A stretch of 64,000 nucleotides of DNA, taken from contig CAVPIB010000004.1 of the NCBI GenBank assembly GCA_963704885.1, positions 544,001 through 608,000 of the forward strand, read 5' to 3'. Under the pieces are notes generated by a model. The model worked only from the letters and a program-made list of their open reading frames with translations. It was not told where the DNA came from and did no database searches. The translations under genes and the position numbers were made by a program. Each line of letters starts with the position of its first letter. Positions within the stretch are counted from its first letter, which is position 1. Source of the stretch: an uncultured Actinomycetes bacterium. Lineage in GTDB: Bacteria; Actinomycetota; UBA4738; HRBIN12. Shown here one piece after another: positions 18,824 to 27,942 of this stretch.

Positions 18824-18853
18824 ACCCTACTGTTGAACCGCCGTTCAGGGCAA
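18824..18853 (-). promoter_or_regulatory. Promoter with palindromic operator between -35 and -10
   Basis: Minus strand TTGCCC-18 nt-TAGGGT; spacer holds TGAAC-N4-GTTCA (18834-18847). Confidence 0.55.
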
Positions 18854-18889
18854 GGAGGCCTGGCTGCGAGCGAGGCTACCGAACGGTGC

Positions 18890-18915
18890 GGTCAGGGAGC
18901 CGAGGCTCCCTGACC
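18890..18915 (-). terminator. Strong hairpin downstream of the MFS gene
   Basis: GGTCAGGGAGC-cgag-GCTCCCTGACC perfect 11 bp stem, extendable by GAACGG/CCGTTC; no U tract. Confidence 0.6.
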
Positions 18916-18921
18916 ATCCGT

Positions 18922-20187
18922 TCAGCTCAGACCCGGTGGCGCCGCGGGCTGTGCCGTCAGCTCCACCGTCGCGTCAAGAGCCCGCCGGTCGATAGGCGTC
19001 CCCTCGTCGACCTCCCGATCCCGACCTAGCCGCGCGAGCGGGAGCAAGATCAGCGCGGCGCCTAACGCCGCCGCGCCGCCGATCCGGTAGACGGCCTGCG
19101 GGCCAACGGCCCGCAGCACCGGCGCCGCCAGGATGTACGCGATCGCGAGCCCGAACGAAAGGACCGCTTCGAACGCGGCGACCGTCCGGCTCCGGATCGC
19201 GTCCGGAGTCCGGCGCTGCATGATGCCGTTCTCGGCCACGATCGTAAGCCCGTCGCTCACCCCCATCGCGAACAAGGACAACAGCACCAGCCCAAACATC
19301 GGGAGGAACCCGACGCCGAACGCCGCCAATGCGATCCCTCCCGCGCCGGCTACCATCCAGACCGGCTCGGTCCGCCCCGTCATCCAGCGACCGCCGAGCG
19401 AGCCCAGGACGGATCCCGTTCCCCAGCATGCGATCAGCAGCCCGAAGCCGAACGCGCCGGCACCGAAATGATCTGCCAGGGCCGCATCCGCGACCATCCC
19501 CATCCCCATCCCGATCACGAACACGAGCCAAGCCACGGACATGCGCAGCAAGACCCGATCGGTCACCAAGAACCGTAGGCCGGCCGAGATCCCGCGATGC
19601 TCTTCGGTCGCGTGTGAGGTCGCTTCCTTGAATCGCCCTCTGATCGTGAGGGTAAGCAGGAGCGATACGACGAAGGTCGCTGCGTTCAACGCGAACACGG
19701 CCGAGGCGCCGACGGTACCCACCAGCAAGCCACCGATCACCGGACCGATCGCGATGCCGGCGTGGACACCCGTGGTAACCAGGCTGTTCGCCCAGGACAC
19801 GTCTTCCTCCCGTTCCACGAGCGCCGGGATCGCGGCGCGCGATGATGAGAAGAAGGGCTGCTCGGCCATCGCCGATCCGAACGCGAGCGCGATCAGCCAG
19901 ATGGGCTCGCTCGCGAACGCCATCGCTGCGAACACCACGGCGGCGGCGGCCTCCGACCAGATCATGACCTTCCGGCGGTCGAACCGGTCGCCGAGCGCTC
20001 CCGCGAACGGTCCAAGGATACCGGCCACGCCGAACGTCATCAGAAGCGAAAGGGCCTGCATCTTCGGCGAATGTGTTTCCTGCCAGATCGTGAAGTTCAG
20101 CGCGGTATAGGCCGCTGCCCCTCCCGTGACCGAGATGAGGCGGCCGAAGGCCAGTCTGCGGACGTTGGACCTTGGCGAGCGTTCCAT
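18922..20187 (-). CDS. MFS transporter (efflux-like)
   Basis: About 12 TM segments, motif A GALGDRFDRRKVM, QRRTPDAIRSR loop. Confidence 0.9.
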   Translation of the reverse strand: MERSPRSNVRRLAFGRLISVTGGAAAYTALNFTIWQETHSPKMQALSLLMTFGVAGILGPFAGALGDRFDRRKVMIWSEAAAAVVFAAMAFASEPIWLIALAFGSAMAEQPFFSSSRAAIPALVEREEDVSWANSLVTTGVHAGIAIGPVIGGLLVGTVGASAVFALNAATFVVSLLLTLTIRGRFKEATSHATEEHRGISAGLRFLVTDRVLLRMSVAWLVFVIGMGMGMVADAALADHFGAGAFGFGLLIACWGTGSVLGSLGGRWMTGRTEPVWMVAGAGGIALAAFGVGFLPMFGLVLLSLFAMGVSDGLTIVAENGIMQRRTPDAIRSRTVAAFEAVLSFGLAIAYILAAPVLRAVGPQAVYRIGGAAALGAALILLPLARLGRDREVDEGTPIDRRALDATVELTAQPAAPPGLS

Positions 20188-20318
20188 GGAGCGACTCCTG
20201 TGGTTCGAGGGTGGGCGAGACTCGACGACCTACCGGGCACGTGACGCGGGGGTGCGCGTCAGACCGTGCCGGCGTTCGGGGTCTTCGAGTGGAGTCGCCT
20301 CATAACCCGGCGAGTCTA
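20188..20318 (-). promoter_or_regulatory. Structured 5' leader with anti-SD pairing (putative translational attenuator)
   Basis: GCGACTCC (20298-20291) is complementary to GGAGTCGC (20198-20191), which covers the SD; nested internal stems; extended -10 TGcTAGACT. Confidence 0.55.
20259..20303 (-). CDS. Putative 14 aa leader peptide MRRLHSKTPNAGTV
   Basis: ATG 9 nt after TAGACT; ORF covers the 5' arm of the leader structure. Confidence 0.4.
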   Translation of the reverse strand: MRRLHSKTPNAGTV

Positions 20319-20359
20319 GCATGATATCTCGACGTCGAACGATATCCGACGGTGAGATC

Positions 20360-21943
20360 TCAGGCAGGGAGCGTGATCGCGCGAAGGCGGCTGGCGCCTA
20401 TCTCCTCCGCCACATGCGTGAGCACGTGGGGGGGGACGGGCGCATCGACCGTGAGGCACATTAGTGCCGCGCCCCCTTCGCTCTGGCGCCCCACCTCCAT
20501 GGTGGCGATGTTCACCCCGTGCTCGCCGAGTATGGTCCCGACCTTGCCGATGACCCCGGGGCGATCGCTGTAGGTGAAGAAGATCATGTGCTCGGCGGGC
20601 GCCATCTCCACGTCGAAGTCATACACGTGCATCACGCGCTCGGCGTTGCGCTTGCCCACCAGCGAGCCGCCTACACTCACAGGACCGTCGTCGGTGTCGG
20701 CGCGCAAGGAGATGAGGCTCACGTAGTCCTCCGACATCGTGGAGCGCATCTCACTGACGGTGATACCGCGCTCGCGCGCGAGCGTCGGAGCGTTCACGAA
20801 CGAAACCGGCTCGTGGACGACCTTGCCCAGGACGCCTTTCAAGATGGCTAGCGTCAGAACGCGCGTGTCCGCCTCGGCGATACGCCCCAGGTAGGAGCAG
20901 GCGATCGAGCGCACGCCGCCCTCAGCCAAACCCGCCAGCAGCGCCCCCAAGCGCTCCGCTAGCGGAACGAACGGTCGGACGATCTCGGAGACGTCCGCCC
21001 CGGCTGAGACGTTCACGGCGTAAGGGACGAACTCTCCGCGCAGCGCCAGACGGACCATCTCCGCCACGGTCGCACCCGCCTTGTCCTGTGCCTCGCGCGT
21101 GGAGGCGCCCAGGTGGGGCGTCACCACGACACCCCCCAACCTGAACAAGGGACTGTCGATGGTTGGCTCGGTGGTGAACACGTCCAGGGCCGCGCCGCCT
21201 ATGTGCCCACCTTCAAGCGCCTTCGCGAGCGCCTCCTCGTCCACGATCCCGCCGCGAGCGGTGTTCACCAGGCGAGCGCCCGGCTTCATCAGCGAGAGCT
21301 CGTGGGCACCGATGAGCAGCTCGGTCTCCGCCGTGCGAGGCAGGTGAACCGTGACGAAGTCGGCCTGGACCAGGAGTGCCTCGAGCGTGGGCATAACGTC
21401 GACGCCCATCTCCTTGGCGCGATCTGCGGAGACGTACGGGTCGTAGGCGATCACCCGCATGCCGAACGCGGCCGCGCGATGCGAGACTAGCGCTCCCACG
21501 CGCCCGAGGCCGATGATCCCGAGGGTCTTGCCGGCCAACTCCACACCCTCCCACTCCTCGCGCTCCCACCGTCCCGCCTTCAGCGCTTCGTCCGCCTGAG
21601 GGATGTTCCTCGCCTGGGCGAGCAACAACGCAACAGTGTGCTCGGCCGCGGAGATCACGTTGGACTGCGGCGCGTTGACCACCATCACGCCTCGGCGCGT
21701 CGCGGCCTCGACGTCGACGTTGTCCAGCCCGATGCCCGCTCGCGCGACCACCCGCAGGTGCTCAGCAGCCGCCAACACGTCGGCAGAAACACGGGTTCGG
21801 GAGCGGACGATCAGCGCTTCGTACGGGCCGATCTCGGCCACCAGGTCGCCCGTGGCGAGCTCAGGACGCACGTCCACCTGGAAGTCACGACGCAGTAGCT
21901 CCAGGCCCTGCTCCGAGAGCTTCTCGGTAACGAGGACCCGCAC
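20360..21943 (-). CDS. serA: D-3-phosphoglycerate dehydrogenase (with ASB and ACT domains)
   Basis: RAGIGLDNVD, GLGRVG, NTARGG, TPHLGAST, C-terminal DRPGVIG ACT domain. Confidence 0.95.
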   Translation of the reverse strand: MRVLVTEKLSEQGLELLRRDFQVDVRPELATGDLVAEIGPYEALIVRSRTRVSADVLAAAEHLRVVARAGIGLDNVDVEAATRRGVMVVNAPQSNVISAAEHTVALLLAQARNIPQADEALKAGRWEREEWEGVELAGKTLGIIGLGRVGALVSHRAAAFGMRVIAYDPYVSADRAKEMGVDVMPTLEALLVQADFVTVHLPRTAETELLIGAHELSLMKPGARLVNTARGGIVDEEALAKALEGGHIGGAALDVFTTEPTIDSPLFRLGGVVVTPHLGASTREAQDKAGATVAEMVRLALRGEFVPYAVNVSAGADVSEIVRPFVPLAERLGALLAGLAEGGVRSIACSYLGRIAEADTRVLTLAILKGVLGKVVHEPVSFVNAPTLARERGITVSEMRSTMSEDYVSLISLRADTDDGPVSVGGSLVGKRNAERVMHVYDFDVEMAPAEHMIFFTYSDRPGVIGKVGTILGEHGVNIATMEVGRQSEGGAALMCLTVDAPVPPHVLTHVAEEIGASRLRAITLPA

Positions 21944-21948
21944 GCCCG

Positions 21949-23106
21949 CTAGCCCTCCGCCTCCGCGAACGCTCCCTCGGCGGCAGCCACGGCCGCGCCG
22001 CGCTTCACGGGGTAGCCCAACCGTTCGAGCGTCATCTCCAGGGCCGCGAGCCCCCGCAGGATGTCCAGCTCGCTGAAGTAGCCGAAATGCCCGATCCGGA
22101 ATACCTTGCCCTTCAGCGGGCCTTGACCGGGCGCGAGCACCACGCCGAAGTCCGAGCGGATCCGGGCCGCGATCGTATCGGCGTCCAGGCCCTCTGGAGC
22201 GCGGATCGCCGTGACCGTCCAGTTGTTCTCGAGCCCCTCACCGAACAGGTCGAGTCCGAGTGCCTGAGCGCCCTCTTTCACGGCTCGCGACAGCATCGCG
22301 TGGCGCACCAGGGCTGCGTCGATCCCGTCCTGGAAGTAGAGCCGGAGTGCCGCCTGAAGGCCCTGCATCACGCTGATCGCAGGGGTCCACGGGTTCTCGG
22401 GATCCGGGAGCGAGGCGTACTGCTTGTAGATCGACCAGTCGAAGTAGAACCGGGGGTTCGTGGCGGTCTCCCGCGCGGCCCACGCGCGCTCGCTCAACGC
22501 GACGAAGGCGATCCCGGGCGACGCCGACAGCGCCTTCTGCGACCCACCGACGGCCACGTCCACGCCCCACTCATCGAACGCGAACGGTACTGCGCCGAGT
22601 GACGACACCACGTCGGCGACCACCAAGGCGCCGGCCTCCACGGCGACGCGGGAGAGCTCCTGGATCGGCTGTATGACGCCGGTGGACGTCTCGCTCTGCG
22701 TCAGAAGGACGGCCTTCACCGGGTGTTCGGCCAGCGCTTCCGCCACTTCGCCAGGCCGGATCCTCGTTCCCCACTCGTACTCGATCGTTCGGACCGTGAG
22801 GCCGTAGGCCTCGGCAAGGCGCTTCCACCGGTCGGCGAAGAACCCAGCGAGCGGGACGAACACTTCGTCGCCGGGCGAGAAGCAGTTCTGGATGGCGGAT
22901 TCGAGCCCTCCCGTGCCGCTCGAGGTCATGATGAGCACATCTGCGGTCGAGGTCCGATACAGCTCCTTCAGGTGGTCGGTCACGTCGCGCATCAGGTTCC
23001 CGAACCCCGAACCCCGGTGATATACGAGCGGGCTCCCTTGCGCGAGGAGCACCTCCGGCGGGATGGGGGTGGGGCCGGGTGCCAAGATGATCTCGGGCCT
23101 GTCCAA
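21949..23106 (-). CDS. Class V aminotransferase (alanine/serine-glyoxylate aminotransferase-like; possible SerC substitute)
   Basis: PGPT, SSGTG, SETSTG, DVVSS, GSQKAL (PLP lysine), FRIGH; directly upstream of serA. Confidence 0.9.
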   Translation of the reverse strand: MDRPEIILAPGPTPIPPEVLLAQGSPLVYHRGSGFGNLMRDVTDHLKELYRTSTADVLIMTSSGTGGLESAIQNCFSPGDEVFVPLAGFFADRWKRLAEAYGLTVRTIEYEWGTRIRPGEVAEALAEHPVKAVLLTQSETSTGVIQPIQELSRVAVEAGALVVADVVSSLGAVPFAFDEWGVDVAVGGSQKALSASPGIAFVALSERAWAARETATNPRFYFDWSIYKQYASLPDPENPWTPAISVMQGLQAALRLYFQDGIDAALVRHAMLSRAVKEGAQALGLDLFGEGLENNWTVTAIRAPEGLDADTIAARIRSDFGVVLAPGQGPLKGKVFRIGHFGYFSELDILRGLAALEMTLERLGYPVKRGAAVAAAEGAFAEAEG

Positions 23107-23322
23107 TGTTCACTCCTGGGTGATCGAGCGCCGATATCGCCGGCGCATGGGCTCGGGAAGCTCAGCCTAGCAGGCGACCTATGCGCAACTCGGCGGCCAC
23201 TCGCGCATGCGGACAGCAAGGTTCCGCAAGTGGTCCAGGCGCGCGCAGAAGCCGGGTCCGTATCATCGGGCGGGCCGTCGGGGGTGTGGTGAAGCCGGAC
23301 ACCGGGCGGCTCACCCACCATC

Positions 23323-26300
23323 ATGGCGACGCTCCGATTCCTGCTGAAGCGTTTCGCGGCCCAGCGGCTGCTGGGTCTGGCCGTGATAGTGACGCTCGCG
23401 TTCAGCGTCGGCGTCCTGGTGGCCGGCCCCATCTACGCCGACGCCGCCCGCGAGGCGATCTTCTCCTCTACCCTCCAGGGCGCCGCGGTCAGCACGGCGA
23501 ACGCCCGGTTCCAGGTCTACGGTGACGCCGACTTCGGCTGGGACTTGGCGGACGCCGCGATAGACACCCACCTCCAGTCCATCCCGGTGAGGACCCTGGT
23601 TCGCCAGGGCCTGGCCACCGTTCGCCTCGGAGGCGCCGACGGGCCGTCGGTGCCGTTGCTTTTCCGCGATGGCGCGGAGGACAACCTGACGTTCGAAGGC
23701 GACGCGCCCGGCCCGGGACAAGCGGCGATCGTCGCGAACAGCCCGGAGACGGCGGGGATCCGGATCGGAGACCAAGTGACGGTGCTCGGTCCCACCGGGA
23801 AGGAGCTCGAGCTCACGGTGAGCGGCACCTATTCGCTACCGGTCGCCGACGACCCGTTCTGGTTCGGATCACAGACCCCCTTTCCCCCGCCCGATTCGAG
23901 CCAGGCCAAGCCGATCATCGTGTCGCCCGCCTCGGGAGTGGCCGCCAGCCGTCAGCTCGGCCTGACGACCGAGTTCGTCTGGGACGCGTACCTGGCGCTC
24001 GACGGTGTGCCGTTCGTTGAGGCGCGAACCATCCCCGGCGATCTCAGGCGCGTCGCCGGCGAGCTCCAGGCCCAGCCTGGCATGCAGGGGATCCGGGTGG
24101 CATCCGGGCTCGACACGCTCTTCAACATCGTCCAGCAGCGCGTGGAGAACCTGAGGATCCCCATACTGCTGGTGGTCTTCCAGATAGGAGCGGTCACCCT
24201 CGCCGTGCTCGCCGGTGTCGGCGCCCTCACGCTCACGCGCCAGGCGTTCGAGCTATCGGTCCTTCACAGTCGCGGCTTCTCTCGTCGGACCCTGTTGCTC
24301 GGGCAGGGGGTCCAGGCGGTGTTCGCCGCCATCGTGGCGTATCCACTCGGGCTGGCCATCGGACTCGCTCTGGCAACTCTCGCCAGCCACTCGAACGGCC
24401 CGACGCTACCCGGCGTGCTGTTCCCGATCCACCTGAACGCGACGGCGGAGATCCTGGGGGCCGTCACGGCCGTGGTCGGCGCCACGATCCTGCTCCTGCT
24501 ATCCCTCCCCTACATCTCACGAACCGTTCTTCAGGAACGTCGGGCCGCGTCGCGCGAGGATCGCCCGCTCCTGTCTCGGGTGCCGGTCGAGCTGGTCATC
24601 CTGCCCGTCGGGCTGTTCGCGTTCGTCCAGCTACGGGGCGGAACCAAGCCCAAGCCCGGCTCCGGGGCGATCGAGCCGCTGGTCTTGTTGGCGCCAACGC
24701 TGTTGCTGTTCGCGGCGTCCTTCCTAGCTCTACGGCTACTCCTGTTCGCGTTCCGGCGTATGGACGGCCGGATCGGGCGAACCCGCCGGTTGCCGGTGTA
24801 CTTGGCGGGGCGGAAGCTGAGCCGCGCCCCGGGTGCGGGGTTCGCGGCCGCACTGCTCCTGCTCCTTTCTATGGGTCTGCTGGTCGTGTCGACCTCGTAC
24901 CGCGCGATCGTGCTCCGCAACCACCAGGACGCCGCGCACACCCTGGTGGGCGCCGACTGGAACGTGCAGGTGGCGCCGCCCGAGGACGTCCTGCGCGCCG
25001 TGGAGCAGATGCCAGCTGGCACCACACCGGTCATCAGGACGGAGCTCGACCTTCGTGAAGGTTCGTTCTCCCTACCGCCGACCGCGATCGCCATCGATCC
25101 CGCCACTTATGCCGAGGGCGGGTGGTGGCGAGACGACTTCTCTGAAACGCCGATCGAGGAGATCCTGGCGGACCTGCGAACGGCGCCGCTCGGGCTCGAC
25201 CTGGCACCGGGGGCGTCGACCCTCAACCTGTCGCTCGACGTGCCGCCGGCCGCGGCGGGGCTCGGCCTCTCCGCGACCGTCCTGGACGCCGACGGCGCCG
25301 CGCACACGGCTCCTCCCGTGACGATCGAGGCCGGCCCTGGGGCGTACGGCGTTCCGATGGCGCCGGGGACCAGGATCCTGTCCATCACCCTGCAGGCGGA
25401 GTCCTCGCTGGACCTCCCCTTCCGCTTCGCGATCGGTATCGACGGCGCGCAGATCGACGGGGTGCCGCTCGCCCTCGACGGTTGGGAACCGCTTACGTGG
25501 CGTGGCAGCACGGGAGAGCTGGAGCCGGATGGTAACGGCTACCGGTTCCGGATCCAGATCGGGGCCGGGAGGGTTGTGGCAGGCTTGGTTCCCCACCCGA
25601 CGGCCATGCCCGCGCTCCTGTCGGACTCGCTCGCCGCCTCGGTCAGCGAGGCCTTCACCGTGACCCTGGGTGGCCAGCAGATCGAGCTCCGGCAGGTCGC
25701 CACCGCCGTCCAGTTCCCGAGCGCCGTTCCCAACTCGCCGTTCCTGGTGGTGTCGGCACCAGGTCTCTTAGAACGCGAGCTCGCCGTGCCGGAACCCGGC
25801 CTCACGCTGAACGAGGCCTGGTCCACGGGTGATGCGAGTCCCTTGCCGGCCCTTAGGGCCGCCGGGTTCATCCCTGGCATCAACGTGCAACGCGCGGCGC
25901 AGATCGAGGCCGCGCTCGCGCAGCTTCCCCAGAGCCTGGCGGTCGGGATGAACTTCACCGCGGCGGCCGGTGGGATCGGCCTCGTGGTGATCGGAGTGGC
26001 GGCCAGCTTGTACTTCGCGCAGCGAAGACGCGACTACGAATTCGCCGCTCTCCGGGCGATGGGCGCCGAGCGAAGCCAGATCCGGCGCGCGCTGATCCTG
26101 GAACAGGGGGTCCTGTTGGGATTCGCCATCGTGGCGGGACTGGGGTTGGGGTACTTGATGCTCCGGTTGGTGATGCCGTACGTGGGCACCAGCCTAGGGG
26201 TCTCCTACCCCCCGCCCTTGCTGGTGATCGACTGGACGAGCCTGGGGATCGCCCTCGCGGCGATCGTCATCGCAACGGTCACGGGCCTGGGCCTCGCCAT

Positions 26301-26355
26301 CCGTACCCTCATGCGATCGTCCGTGACCGGCGTGCTGCGAGGTGAGGCCGAGTGA
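23323..26355 (+). CDS. ABC transporter permease, FtsX/MacB-like, two FtsX domains
   Basis: 1010 aa with TM clusters and extracellular domains; ELSVLHSRG and RRRDYEFAALRAMGA motifs. Confidence 0.88.
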   Translation: MATLRFLLKRFAAQRLLGLAVIVTLAFSVGVLVAGPIYADAAREAIFSSTLQGAAVSTANARFQVYGDADFGWDLADAAIDTHLQSIPVRTLVRQGLATVRLGGADGPSVPLLFRDGAEDNLTFEGDAPGPGQAAIVANSPETAGIRIGDQVTVLGPTGKELELTVSGTYSLPVADDPFWFGSQTPFPPPDSSQAKPIIVSPASGVAASRQLGLTTEFVWDAYLALDGVPFVEARTIPGDLRRVAGELQAQPGMQGIRVASGLDTLFNIVQQRVENLRIPILLVVFQIGAVTLAVLAGVGALTLTRQAFELSVLHSRGFSRRTLLLGQGVQAVFAAIVAYPLGLAIGLALATLASHSNGPTLPGVLFPIHLNATAEILGAVTAVVGATILLLLSLPYISRTVLQERRAASREDRPLLSRVPVELVILPVGLFAFVQLRGGTKPKPGSGAIEPLVLLAPTLLLFAASFLALRLLLFAFRRMDGRIGRTRRLPVYLAGRKLSRAPGAGFAAALLLLLSMGLLVVSTSYRAIVLRNHQDAAHTLVGADWNVQVAPPEDVLRAVEQMPAGTTPVIRTELDLREGSFSLPPTAIAIDPATYAEGGWWRDDFSETPIEEILADLRTAPLGLDLAPGASTLNLSLDVPPAAAGLGLSATVLDADGAAHTAPPVTIEAGPGAYGVPMAPGTRILSITLQAESSLDLPFRFAIGIDGAQIDGVPLALDGWEPLTWRGSTGELEPDGNGYRFRIQIGAGRVVAGLVPHPTAMPALLSDSLAASVSEAFTVTLGGQQIELRQVATAVQFPSAVPNSPFLVVSAPGLLERELAVPEPGLTLNEAWSTGDASPLPALRAAGFIPGINVQRAAQIEAALAQLPQSLAVGMNFTAAAGGIGLVVIGVAASLYFAQRRRDYEFAALRAMGAERSQIRRALILEQGVLLGFAIVAGLGLGYLMLRLVMPYVGTSLGVSYPPPLLVIDWTSLGIALAAIVIATVTGLGLAIRTLMRSSVTGVLRGEAE

Positions 26356-27218
26356 CGATGGTGAGTCCGGAGTTCTTCGCACCCGAGGGCCGCACCGCGC
26401 TCGTTCGTTTGCGCCATGTCTTCAAGGTGTACCGCGTGAAGGACACGGGAGTCGTGGCGCTCGGCGGGGTCGACCTGGACATCGCCCGCGGCGATTTCCT
26501 GGCCGTCATCGGCCCGAGCGGCGCAGGGAAGTCGACGATCCTCAACCTGGTCGGCGGGCTCGACCGCGCCTCGGCCGGCGCCGTCGAGGTCGAGGGTCAC
26601 GACCTGGGATTGCTGGACGACGACCAACTCACCAGCTACCGGAGCGAACGGATCGGGTTCGTTTGGCAGGGAACGGCCCGCAACCTGGTCCCCTACCTGT
26701 CGGTGCGCGATAACGTCAGGCTGCCCAGGGTGCTTCACCGCGGTTTGGCGGTGGAGCGCCGCCGGAACCCCGAGGAGCTCCTGAAGCTGGTTGGGATGGC
26801 GGAGCGAGCCGATCACCAGGTGGGCCAGCTCTCCGGCGGGGAACAGCAGCGAGCCGCGATCGCGGTGGCGCTTGCGAACACCCCCACGCTGCTCCTGGCC
26901 GACGAGCCGACGGCCGAGCTCGACTCGGTCTCCGCCGAACGGGTCCTGGATGCGTTCAGAGCGGTGAACCGCGAGTTCGGCGTCACGATCGTGATGGTGA
27001 CCCACGACCTGGTCGCCGCACGGCGAGCCACCTCACGCATCCGCGTGAGGGACGGACGGATACTGAAAGAGGGCATGGCCGTCACCGCGATCACAGACGA
27101 CGGGCGGATCCGGTTGCCGGATGAGGCCGTCGCCGCGCTCGGCGACGGCGAGCTGGAAGCTGAGATCACCCCCGACGAGGTGCGGCTGCGCCGGAAGAGC
27201 GAGACCGGCCATGCCTGA
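26352..27218 (+). CDS. ABC ATP-binding protein (LolD/MacB-like) with C-terminal extension
   Basis: GPSGAGKS, LSGGEQQR, LLADEPT, VTHD; start may be ATG 26358. Confidence 0.93.
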   Translation: MTMVSPEFFAPEGRTALVRLRHVFKVYRVKDTGVVALGGVDLDIARGDFLAVIGPSGAGKSTILNLVGGLDRASAGAVEVEGHDLGLLDDDQLTSYRSERIGFVWQGTARNLVPYLSVRDNVRLPRVLHRGLAVERRRNPEELLKLVGMAERADHQVGQLSGGEQQRAAIAVALANTPTLLLADEPTAELDSVSAERVLDAFRAVNREFGVTIVMVTHDLVAARRATSRIRVRDGRILKEGMAVTAITDDGRIRLPDEAVAALGDGELEAEITPDEVRLRRKSETGHA

Positions 27219-27939
27219 GCCCACAACCCCGCTCGTGGCCGCAGACGACATCGTTCGGAGCTACGCGGGCGCCAACGGCGTGTTGGCCGTTCGCGGGGCG
27301 TCGCTCGCCCTCATGCCGAAGGACTTCGTCGCACTGATGGGTCCGTCTGGTTCGGGCAAGACCACGTTCATCGGCGTGCTCTCGGGGCTCGATCGTCCCG
27401 ACGAGGGCGAGGTGCGGTGGAAGGGGACGTTGATAGGCGCCATGACTCCCGAGGAGCGGCGCGCGCTTCGCCGAACCGGCATGGGTGTGGTCTTCCAGAG
27501 CTTCGGGCTCATACCCTCGCTCTCGGCCGTGGAGAACGTGGAGCTGCCGCTCAGGGTGGCCGGCGCACCGTTGGCCGAGGCGCGCGAGCGCGCCACGGGT
27601 TGGCTGGCACGCCTCGGTTTGGCAGACCGGATGGACAACCGAACATTCGAGCTTTCCGCCGGGCAGCAACAGCGGGTGGCGGTAGGGCGCGCCCTCATCG
27701 CCGAACCCGAGGTGGTCTTCGCTGACGAGCCCATCGCCGAGGTGGACACCGAGAACGCGGACCTGATCCTTGACGCGCTGTGGGACGTGATCCGAAGAGG
27801 CGGAGCGGTGCTCGCGGCGACACACAACCCGGAGGCGCTCCGATACGCCAGCCGCGTGGTGCTCTTCCACGACGGCCGCGTGGAGGCCGAGGGACGCCCC
27901 GGTGAGCTCGCTGGTCGGATCACGACCGACCGGTTCTAG
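27211..27939 (+). CDS. ABC ATP-binding protein (LolD-like)
   Basis: GPSGSGKT, LSAGQQQR, FADEPI, ATHN; ATG 27211 overlaps the upstream gene end. Confidence 0.92.
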   Translation: MPEPTTPLVAADDIVRSYAGANGVLAVRGASLALMPKDFVALMGPSGSGKTTFIGVLSGLDRPDEGEVRWKGTLIGAMTPEERRALRRTGMGVVFQSFGLIPSLSAVENVELPLRVAGAPLAEARERATGWLARLGLADRMDNRTFELSAGQQQRVAVGRALIAEPEVVFADEPIAEVDTENADLILDALWDVIRRGGAVLAATHNPEALRYASRVVLFHDGRVEAEGRPGELAGRITTDRF

Positions 27940-27942
27940 GGG

